Assembly: GCA_019058275.1 (NCBI GenBank)
Contig: JAHLVW010000016.1
Location: 14,541-78,540, forward strand
DNA length: 64,000 nucleotides
Source: Candidatus Heimdallarchaeota archaeon
Lineage (GTDB): Archaea > Asgardarchaeota > Heimdallarchaeia > JABLTI01
Direction of reading: 5' to 3'
Shown: in pieces, positions 9,643 to 17,886 of the stretch
How positions within the stretch are numbered: the first letter of the stretch is position 1
How the letters are laid out: each line of letters starts with the position of its first letter
Translations under genes and position numbers: made by a program
Notes under the pieces: model-generated
What the model saw: only the letters and a program-made list of their open reading frames with translations
Told to the model about the DNA's origin: nothing
Databases searched by the model: none

Positions 9643-10842
9643 CTATTTTTTTACATATGTGTCCAAAATTCCACCTAAAATAATCTTAGATGCTTTCACA
9701 AGATCAGATAGATAGACGTACTCGTTAGCTTGGTGGAGAACTGAGGGACATCCACCACCAATTATAGCAAATGGTATATTGTCAGGAGGAACTAATGCAG
9801 CTGCATCTGTTCCATAAGTTAAACCTATTGGATCACTTGTTGTATTAGTAACAAGATTGGAATGCTTCAGTAATCCCTTAATAATTGACTCATTTGGGTT
9901 TGTGCTTAAGGCTGGTAAAGAATGGAATACTTTATGTGAAAATACACAAGAGTTTTCTTTAGACAATTTCAACAAAAGTGTCTTTATTTGGCCATTTAAT
10001 TCATCATGCTTATCTTCTGGTATTAATCTAAAATCACAATCAACATAGCATTCATCAGGAACTACGTTTATTGTTACTCCGCCTTTAATCATACTAACAT
10101 TTAATGTTGATTTCCCAAGGATATCATGTTTTGTGTCAGGTAGTATTTTCTTTAACTTGTTTATCCCTATACAAGCACCATCAATTGCATTTATTCCAGC
10201 TTCCGGCATACTCCCATGTGCAGCTTTTCCTTTTACATTCATTCTAATCCAATAAGGTCCTTTTTCTGCAATCCCGACCTTCAAATCAGTTGCTTCAGTA
10301 ATTATTAAACAATCAGCGTTATCCATAACACCCTTTTCTTTTAGTTGAAATGCGCCATTCATACCAACTTCTTCATCTGCTGTGCCTGCAAAAACAATTC
10401 TATGTGATAAATTAACATCCGAACGACTAATAGCATCCATTACAGCTATGAGTGAAGCAACACCTCCCTTCATATCGACTGTACCCCTACCGAAAAGCTT
10501 TCCATCCTTTTCGGTCACCTCCAATGGAGGATATTTCCATTGAGATTTATCACCAAAAGGTACAGTATCAAGATGACCACTAAGGACGATATCCCTTTCA
10601 CTTTTTCCAAAAGTTATTACAATATTTTGTCGTTTATCATCCAATTTGTAAATTTGTGATTGAAAACCTAAGCTTTTACTTTCTTCTTCTAGATATTTAG
10701 TAATATGATCAGTTCTACCAGGGGGATTTTGACTATCCAAAGCTACAAGATCTTTAGTCAAGCGCAAGATTAGGTCTTCATCAATTTTGTCTATTATTGA
10801 TTGGTAATTCAAATTAACACCCACAATTATGAAAGTAATCAT
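9643..10842 (-). CDS. M20 metallopeptidase, ArgE/DapE family
   Basis: LSGHLDTVP, GRGTVDMKGG, ADEEVG, GKAAHGSMP, GTDAA, HQANE; the true start is probably a few codons downstream. Confidence 0.9.
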   Translation of the reverse strand: MITFIIVGVNLNYQSIIDKIDEDLILRLTKDLVALDSQNPPGRTDHITKYLEEESKSLGFQSQIYKLDDKRQNIVITFGKSERDIVLSGHLDTVPFGDKSQWKYPPLEVTEKDGKLFGRGTVDMKGGVASLIAVMDAISRSDVNLSHRIVFAGTADEEVGMNGAFQLKEKGVMDNADCLIITEATDLKVGIAEKGPYWIRMNVKGKAAHGSMPEAGINAIDGACIGINKLKKILPDTKHDILGKSTLNVSMIKGGVTINVVPDECYVDCDFRLIPEDKHDELNGQIKTLLLKLSKENSCVFSHKVFHSLPALSTNPNESIIKGLLKHSNLVTNTTSDPIGLTYGTDAAALVPPDNIPFAIIGGGCPSVLHQANEYVYLSDLVKASKIILGGILDTYVKK

Positions 10843-10917
10843 CTATAATTTTGTGAATTATTGAATAACAACTTACTTAATAATAGTTTTTCGAATAATG
10901 AGAAATGTAAGATTAAT

Positions 10918-11958
10918 TTATACTATCGGTTTCAGCTTATTATAAGTTTGAATTATAGCTTTATAGATATCTTTGTTAGTCATCGAGTCCCAAATTTGTG
11001 CAAATACAGGGACAATTTCCTTTACCTCATGAACATTATACGGATCATCATTCTTCTCTCTAATCTTAAGTGCCTTAAAGAGATCCTTTTTGACATGTAT
11101 ACATGCAGCATCAACAATGGTTGAAAGCTTGTCAACATTTGATTTTGCAATGGATTTCAAGGAATCGTTCTCAAATAAGTTGATATTCAAAAGAAAAGTA
11201 CGTCCTATCTCATGAATTAGTATCCTGTATAGATCCATTTCTTCTTGTTCGTATGAAATTATTATTTTTTCAGCAAGGAGATTTGTAGCAATTGTCTTTG
11301 TAGGTTCTACTAATAAAGCTACAAATTCGTGATAAGGAAATTCAATATTGAATAACTTTTTCCATGAGTTGATAATGTTGATTGGTTTAATTATTACTTC
11401 AAGATCAGCAATACGTTTCTCTAATTTTGCTTTTGCTTCTTTCTCCCAATAGTCACCGTAAAACCTATCCCATAATCCAAGTAGAATTTGCTTGAATATT
11501 GTGAAAATTTCTTTAATTAACTCTTTTTGTTCGAATAACTTTTTGAAATGCTCATCAAAGACATTCATTGGAGCATAGATTGGCAGATTATCAAAAACTC
11601 CAGGATAGCTTGAAAGCAACGATTCTAGTGAGCCTTCATCAATTGCTTCAGATATTTTATCATACGTGCTTAGAACCATTTCAAGATCTTCAGCAGGTAT
11701 ATAGCTTGGAATTTGAAAAAGAACTGCAAAAAGTTCAGTATTACAACCTAATGTCATGCATTTTTTAGAAGCAATTTCCCATTGTTTGTATTCTTCTTCA
11801 AGAATTGTAAAACGATGTTTTAATCCATAATCGGAATTGTAAAAAGAGCCTTCGATTTCTAAGCATGAGAAAACATGCATGATAATATTAGGTGTTAAAC
11901 TTGTTTTCACCACTATCTTTTGAGTCATATTTTTTCTACTCTTACCAATATATCTCAT
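10918..11958 (-). CDS. Hypothetical protein with a degenerate zincin-like motif (HEIGR)
   Basis: Long ORF; LIHEIGRTFL resembles HEXXH with the second His replaced by Arg. Confidence 0.6.
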   Translation of the reverse strand: MRYIGKSRKNMTQKIVVKTSLTPNIIMHVFSCLEIEGSFYNSDYGLKHRFTILEEEYKQWEIASKKCMTLGCNTELFAVLFQIPSYIPAEDLEMVLSTYDKISEAIDEGSLESLLSSYPGVFDNLPIYAPMNVFDEHFKKLFEQKELIKEIFTIFKQILLGLWDRFYGDYWEKEAKAKLEKRIADLEVIIKPINIINSWKKLFNIEFPYHEFVALLVEPTKTIATNLLAEKIIISYEQEEMDLYRILIHEIGRTFLLNINLFENDSLKSIAKSNVDKLSTIVDAACIHVKKDLFKALKIREKNDDPYNVHEVKEIVPVFAQIWDSMTNKDIYKAIIQTYNKLKPIV

Positions 11959-12047
11959 AAACTATTGAATTATTATACCATTTCAGAATAAAGAATTTAT
12001 GTTTAAAACTGAATTTATTACATTGAAAAAATACTAAGTTTATTTAA

Positions 12048-12329
12048 TTATGTTTTTTGACTGACAGTTGTGTATGATAGAATTTCATTGGATTCTTCAC
12101 TTACAACTGCTATCTGAGTGTCTTTTGGGAGTAGTTGTAGATGATTATGAATACATTTCTGGTGGACTTTTCTCTTGTCTGTCAAATCAGCATCAGCAAA
12201 AACTACCAAACAATCCTCTTTTTTAAAAGTAAAACCACAAATATAGCATTGTTCTTTATCAACTGATTTTTCTAGCAATGGTACTTTTTGATTTGTAACT
12301 ATTAAACCAAAGATTTTTTGTTTTGACAT
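12048..12329 (-). CDS. Small Zn-finger protein, half-RING-like
   Basis: CYIC-x24-HQKC. Confidence 0.6.
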   Translation of the reverse strand: MSKQKIFGLIVTNQKVPLLEKSVDKEQCYICGFTFKKEDCLVVFADADLTDKRKVHQKCIHNHLQLLPKDTQIAVVSEESNEILSYTTVSQKT

Positions 12330-12577
12330 TCTAGAAGTTCAAATCCCCTACATCAATAACAGTTTAGCACATTAATTTACCAAAATGCTACATTTAACTA
12401 TTACAAATATTTTGTAAAATCAAATATAAGGATTCCCAATTAGGAATCTTTTGTTTAAATTCATGAAAATCTAGTTATTGAATTCCTTTTCCAAAAAAGA
12501 ATGACATATTTATAATAAAGAAAGTATTATCTTAAGATAAGAAATAATGTGTAACCAATTACTTGGAGGAAATGAAA

Positions 12578-12973
12578 ATGGATTCAACTGACAATACAAA
12601 CGAAATCCCTCTACTACTAATGAACTTGAAGAAGGTTTTTGATCAAAGAATTCAAGGTCCTATAAGAAATAGAGAAAGAGAATACCAAGTGAATACAAAA
12701 TCCGAATTCATCAAGGACATTACAAAGTACTTCTCAGCGAGAGGAATACAGAAATTAGCAGGTATAAGCGCATGGGAAGATGATGGCGAACTAAAAATCG
12801 CTTACCACTTTATAGCAAAAATAGGTAATGAATTCTTAGATACAAAAATCACCATTGTAACATTTCTCTCTAAGGATAAAAAATTGATAAAATCAATAAC
12901 ACAGATTTTCCCAAATGCTCGAATTTTCGAAGAAGAAATAAGCAAATTATATAAAGTTGATTTTGAGGATTAA
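12578..12973 (+). CDS. Stand-alone NuoC/EchD/MbhK-like (complex I 30-kDa) subunit
   Basis: LAGISAWEDDGELKIAYHF and IKSITQIFPNARIFEEEISKLYKVDFE match the NuoC domain signature; GGAGG upstream. Confidence 0.75.
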   Translation: MDSTDNTNEIPLLLMNLKKVFDQRIQGPIRNREREYQVNTKSEFIKDITKYFSARGIQKLAGISAWEDDGELKIAYHFIAKIGNEFLDTKITIVTFLSKDKKLIKSITQIFPNARIFEEEISKLYKVDFED

Positions 12974-13099
12974 GTATCATCGTTTTAAGCTATTTTATTT
13001 TCTTTATACTTGATTTTACAATGCAATTTTTAACCTATAAATGGTAACATCAGTTAGTTTATAAAAGTAAAATTTCAAATGTATAGTTAGCAACAAAAT

Positions 13100-13117
13100 T
13101 TAACCTTGCAAGGTTAA
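13100..13117. promoter_or_regulatory. Perfect 18-bp palindrome, candidate operator
   Basis: TTAACCTTGCAAGGTTAA, about 60 nt upstream of the 855-aa gene. Confidence 0.45.
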
Positions 13118-13176
13118 GGATTTTTGAAGTTTAAAAAAAAGAATATACAGTAAAAAATAGTTAAAACTCAAAAGGG

Positions 13177-15744
13177 TTGATACTGTTGTCTGAAGAAAAC
13201 GAAAATGAAAATACTATTGAAGAATCAGAAGAACCTGAAACCTTAGTGACAACAGAAGAAGATGAAGACGAAGAAGCAACAGAAGCAGAAGAAACATTAG
13301 AAGCAGATACTACTGAGGATATAGATGAAGAAGTGGAAGAAGACATAGCAGCACTATTAGAAGAGGAACAAGAAGAAGTTCTGGACGAAGTGAGTGCAGA
13401 GGAAACTGAGGAAGAAGATGAATTAGAAGACGAAGAAGATACTACAGAAGAAGAACTCGAAATTCCAGATATACCACTTGATGTTGAAACAGAAGCGGAC
13501 GAATTGGAAATACCTGACATACCAATTGAAGCTAAGGAAGAAGAGCTCACTGAAGAAATAGAGGCTGAGCCAATAGAAGAAGTTCTTTCTGAGGAAGAAG
13601 AAAAAGAAGATGTAGATATAGACGATTATGGATTTGAACCTGAAGAAGTAAAGGCTATTAAGAAAGCTAAAAAGAGTAGAGCATTTCTATGGGGCTTTTT
13701 GATAGGACTTGCAGCAGCAATTATTATTGAAGTTGCATTTTCTATACCCATCTGGTTAGGTGGTGTAGGCCGTCCAGATTTGTATTATATCGAGCTAGTA
13801 CTAATTCTAGTTGCATTAATGATTCCTGGATTATTTACTAGAAGCATGCAAAAAGGCATCCTTGGGGCATTTATTATATTTATAATTTCATTTGCTGTTC
13901 CATTAGTACTTTCAGCATTTAATCTCAACTACATATTAAATCCATTAACTCCATTATTCTCAAGTACTGATTTTGCTTTAGATGCATATGATGTTTTTAG
14001 CGGGTTATTCCAAGGTCTAGAAAACGTACCTATAGCACAAATCCAAAAATGGATTTGGATTGTAGACCTAGTTTTGATGTTCATTTTAACAGTAATTGTT
14101 GTAACATTTGCTACTTGGTTACTAAAGAACATCACTATAAAAAAGAAGAAAGTTGGTCATTGGATTGGCATACCACTTTTAAGCATTGCTTTAATTGTAT
14201 TCGGTATTTTCACACCAATTCTCTTTTCATCAACATATGGGATAATAAATGCAAGCACATCATTTCTAGCAGGAGCAACTAAGATGCAAGAAGCATACGA
14301 TGTCTTTAGTACTGGAGAAGATTTCGGTACTCAACAATTAGATGCTATAGATGAAGTGTTAGTTGAAGCTAATTACTGGATGAATATTTCATCGGAGAAT
14401 TATGAAGGTTTAAGAAACATAGGCATTATTAATTTCGCAATCTTAGCGTCAGGAAGATACGGACCACTAATCGAAGCAGGTGATCAATTGGCACTATCAA
14501 CGTTAGCGTTGTCGCAGATACTTGTACCTTTATTCAACGGGCTTTATAATTTGACTGATAGCCTTAATACTGCAACAGATAGTCTATCAAACTTTGGAAC
14601 TTCTCCGAGCCTTATGCTCTCAGATACTGGACCATATACATTTGAAAAGCAAGATATTTCAGATATAGAAACATTAACAGCAGACATACTAGCAGCAGTG
14701 CAAGGTTTAGAAGCAGCAGAAGCAGCAATGGAAATTGTTAAAGCTAAACTAGAGGATGCAGAAATTGAAGGAACATTTTCTGATATAGCTGATACTTTAA
14801 GCGAGCTTGATACTGAATCAATGCAACTATTCTCAATAGGAGATGTTGTTCAGGAAATTATAAACACAATTGATACTTTTGACGATCAATTAGCTGGATT
14901 TATTGATTTTGTTTATTATGTAGCAGATTCTCTTGGACCAACAAAACACTTGTTATGGGTATCCTACAATAGTATTGTTGGTAATGAGTATTTGAGATAT
15001 AATAGATTCACTGATGCAAAGAATTCATTCCAATACGCTATAGATAATATCTCTGCAATTGATTCTTTAGCTACATACACACCAGATCCAGCTTTAGGAG
15101 AAATTTTCTCTGTTCAAGTAACAGATGGTTTTGCAACTATGTTAAATGACCTACTAGATCTAATGGAACCTCTATTGAATGAGAAATTCTATTATGCGGA
15201 AACATTTGAGAGAATAAGTCTCATAATGGAAGCTTTTGCATCTGAACCAGATATGACAACTCTTGATTATGGATCTATTGTTGTTCCTACAGCTTCAGCA
15301 GCAGTAATGCATTCATTTAGTGTCGCAACAAATACATCGCTAACAGCATTTAGAGCTAATGTTCAATTAGGAATTTATGGTTCCATATTTGATGATATCG
15401 GTAGTAATTTTGAAGAAATCTTATCAGAAGATTTCAGACCAATTGAATTCAGTCATATGACTGGTGACCTATCACTAGTTGTTACTAACTTTGTTTTAGG
15501 ATGTCAAGCATACACTGCATCAGATTTCGCATTTGCTCAAGCTAATTTGACATTTGCTGAAGACACTATGATTAATGACATTACACCAATGATAATAGCA
15601 GATGATCCAACATATCTCAAGAATTACCTCGGAAATTGGACTTTAGCAATGACTAATATCCAAAATAAGATGGAAACATTAGATACATATGCTTCAATAC
15701 AAATAGACATAGATAATCTATATATTGCAACACAAGAAAGATAA
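13177..15744 (+). CDS. Membrane protein: acidic disordered N-terminus, about 6 TM helices, large helical extracellular domain
   Basis: About 150 aa Glu/Asp-rich tail; hydrophobic segments at aa ~170-350; helical C-terminal region with several N-x-S/T sequons. Start may be TTG 13186. Confidence 0.75.
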   Translation: MILLSEENENENTIEESEEPETLVTTEEDEDEEATEAEETLEADTTEDIDEEVEEDIAALLEEEQEEVLDEVSAEETEEEDELEDEEDTTEEELEIPDIPLDVETEADELEIPDIPIEAKEEELTEEIEAEPIEEVLSEEEEKEDVDIDDYGFEPEEVKAIKKAKKSRAFLWGFLIGLAAAIIIEVAFSIPIWLGGVGRPDLYYIELVLILVALMIPGLFTRSMQKGILGAFIIFIISFAVPLVLSAFNLNYILNPLTPLFSSTDFALDAYDVFSGLFQGLENVPIAQIQKWIWIVDLVLMFILTVIVVTFATWLLKNITIKKKKVGHWIGIPLLSIALIVFGIFTPILFSSTYGIINASTSFLAGATKMQEAYDVFSTGEDFGTQQLDAIDEVLVEANYWMNISSENYEGLRNIGIINFAILASGRYGPLIEAGDQLALSTLALSQILVPLFNGLYNLTDSLNTATDSLSNFGTSPSLMLSDTGPYTFEKQDISDIETLTADILAAVQGLEAAEAAMEIVKAKLEDAEIEGTFSDIADTLSELDTESMQLFSIGDVVQEIINTIDTFDDQLAGFIDFVYYVADSLGPTKHLLWVSYNSIVGNEYLRYNRFTDAKNSFQYAIDNISAIDSLATYTPDPALGEIFSVQVTDGFATMLNDLLDLMEPLLNEKFYYAETFERISLIMEAFASEPDMTTLDYGSIVVPTASAAVMHSFSVATNTSLTAFRANVQLGIYGSIFDDIGSNFEEILSEDFRPIEFSHMTGDLSLVVTNFVLGCQAYTASDFAFAQANLTFAEDTMINDITPMIIADDPTYLKNYLGNWTLAMTNIQNKMETLDTYASIQIDIDNLYIATQER

Positions 15745-15785
15745 AAGAAAGGAAGAAATATTTTTTCTTCCATATTTCTATTTTT

Positions 15786-16619
15786 TTATTCAGTTATTTC
15801 TTCATCAATAATTTCTGGATAGAGGAATCTACGTTCTTTTAGATATCCACCTATTAATCCACCAGATATTGCCATCACTGAAAACAGCAGAAGGAATAAT
15901 GCTGAATTTATTATCATTTTTGAAATAGTATTCCAATCTGCACTGAAGAAAGCAATAAATAATGCTGTAATCGGTAGAACAGAAATAAAACTAGCAATCA
16001 TACCAGAACGTCTTTCGCCTGCTACCATACCACCAAAAAAGCCACTAATAATGAAACCAACTAATAAAATGATTAAACCAAGGAGACCTCCAGATTCAGG
16101 TAAAGCAGCTTCAATTAGTTCTATTGTAAAAGCATACACAACAAACAAAGCTCCTATTACAGCAGCAGTTATTATTGCGCCAACACTTAGTGAAACTATA
16201 TTCCTAGAAGCGGTTGTTCCTTCCAATTTTTTTGTTATATTTTCCTCAAATGTTCTAAAAGGCGATACATCAGTTGTTGCTCCTTCATCAAGAAGATGTT
16301 TGTATTTATTTCTAAAATCAGTCAAGAGTCCCAAAAGCGTTTCATTAACCAACGGCTCATAATCATTTGAATGACATATTGCTGCTATAATATAACGATC
16401 ATCAGCTTTGTATGCTAATTTTCTATCAATACCTTCTATAGCAGAGATATCTACTAGACCAGCCTCGCTTGAAAAGTTTCTAAATGCTAACAAAAGCCCT
16501 GAAACTAGTTGCTCATCTATTGTTTTCTCTTTGGTTTCAGTACACCAGTCGTAGATACAAATCCCGCTATGACTATCAATTAACCAAATGTTTTCTATAG
16601 CCAAATTTAACTCAACCAT
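15786..16619 (-). CDS. Longin-domain protein fused to four C-terminal TM helices
   Basis: IWLIDSHSGICIY..IDEQLVSGLLLAFRNFSSE..FRNKY..DVSPFRTFEENI is the Asgard longin pattern, followed by 4 hydrophobic helices. Confidence 0.8.
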   Translation of the reverse strand: MVELNLAIENIWLIDSHSGICIYDWCTETKEKTIDEQLVSGLLLAFRNFSSEAGLVDISAIEGIDRKLAYKADDRYIIAAICHSNDYEPLVNETLLGLLTDFRNKYKHLLDEGATTDVSPFRTFEENITKKLEGTTASRNIVSLSVGAIITAAVIGALFVVYAFTIELIEAALPESGGLLGLIILLVGFIISGFFGGMVAGERRSGMIASFISVLPITALFIAFFSADWNTISKMIINSALFLLLFSVMAISGGLIGGYLKERRFLYPEIIDEEITE

Positions 16620-16818
16620 AATTATTAATTTGTTACTATAGAATAAGTTTCACTAACATTATTTTACTTTTGTGGGATAAAATAATTGCAGATAAATTGA
16701 AAATCTTAAGTCTTCTTTTGTTGAGAAATTTTGTCTGTTGAATTTTACCGCAAGCGGAAACTTATTATTAATAATTTCAAAGGTAAGATATCGTATACTC
16801 TATTCAAGAGGGGACGAT

Positions 16819-17226
16819 ATGAAACTTATTGAGTGTTCGAAAGTAAAAATATCAGATGCAATAAACTCACCCATATTACCCGAAACAGTAAAAAGTGATT
16901 TGAAAGGGTCGGGCGACACTTTTCTAACAATTTATACAAAGAAGAGTAAAACTTTGAGGTTTTTCCCCACCAAAGATGATGAAATTTGGTGGTTAAGAAT
17001 TGCTATTAATAGCTTTAGTCCTGAAACAAGTGGTAAATTTTTAGCGAAACTCAATAAGCTTGTCTCAGATTTTGTCTATTCTACAGGCGTATGCATCTCC
17101 AAATCTGATTGTTTTTGGGATGGAATTATTCTTGAATCATCCTTCAAAACAAGCAAAGAAAATGTGAGAGAAACTTTAGAAGAAATTCCAAATGTAACAA
17201 AGGTTATAATAAATGCTGTAGAATAA
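16819..17226 (+). CDS. Putative AbrB-like plus ACT-domain regulator
   Basis: N-terminal swapped-hairpin-like pattern (PILPETVKSDLKGSGD..LRFFP) and a C-terminal beta-alpha-beta-beta-alpha-beta pattern ending LEEIPNVTKV. Confidence 0.5.
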   Translation: MKLIECSKVKISDAINSPILPETVKSDLKGSGDTFLTIYTKKSKTLRFFPTKDDEIWWLRIAINSFSPETSGKFLAKLNKLVSDFVYSTGVCISKSDCFWDGIILESSFKTSKENVRETLEEIPNVTKVIINAVE

Positions 17227-17273
17227 AATATTGCATAGGTCGATTCATTCGACCAATCGCAATTATTAGTTGT

Positions 17274-17699
17274 TTAAAAATCTAGTTCTTTTACTCTATT
17301 AACTATAAATCGATTCATTACAATCCAATATTCTACTTCAGCAGTTTTACCTGCACCTACTATTTCATTTAGTTTAGCAAGATGCTCTTCACTGGAAGGT
17401 TTTGGAATTGAAATTGTTTCATATGATTCTTTGTCCATTACTGACATTTCTTCACCTTCGACAGTAATAACTTGAGCATTTCTTTTATCGATAATTGGTA
17501 CTTGTACTCTATTTGTAGATGGCATTACGATGGATCTCTTCTTTTTATCAAAAAGGCCAATAACTTCCATTCTTATTTTAGCATGACCATGCTTTCCTGT
17601 TTTTGAATGGCTTAAATCTAGAACTTGACATGGTTCTTCATCAGCTAAGATGTAGTTACCTCTTTTAATGGAATTTGCCTCTGTTGGTCGGGTTGACAT
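17274..17699 (-). CDS. eif5a: Translation factor aIF-5A
   Basis: Hypusine loop SKTGKHGHAK; VQVPIIDKRNAQV. Confidence 0.97.
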   Translation of the reverse strand: MSTRPTEANSIKRGNYILADEEPCQVLDLSHSKTGKHGHAKIRMEVIGLFDKKKRSIVMPSTNRVQVPIIDKRNAQVITVEGEEMSVMDKESYETISIPKPSSEEHLAKLNEIVGAGKTAEVEYWIVMNRFIVNRVKELDF

Positions 17700-17886
17700 G
17701 ATATTCACTCATTTACTTTTTATTATTGATTAAAATAACCAGCATTAAAGTTTTTTTGTTACTGTTATGTTTTTACATAACACAAACTTTTATCATTTAT
17801 TCTTATTACTTTAATATTATAGATTAAATAGTACATATAGTAAGTATTTAAAAACAAATATGAGAGATTCAGAGTTGTGATATAAT

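Noticed and set aside
13161-13550. Ser-rich 129-aa ORF on the minus strand
   Set aside because: It is the antisense shadow of the GAA-rich acidic tail of the 855-aa gene.
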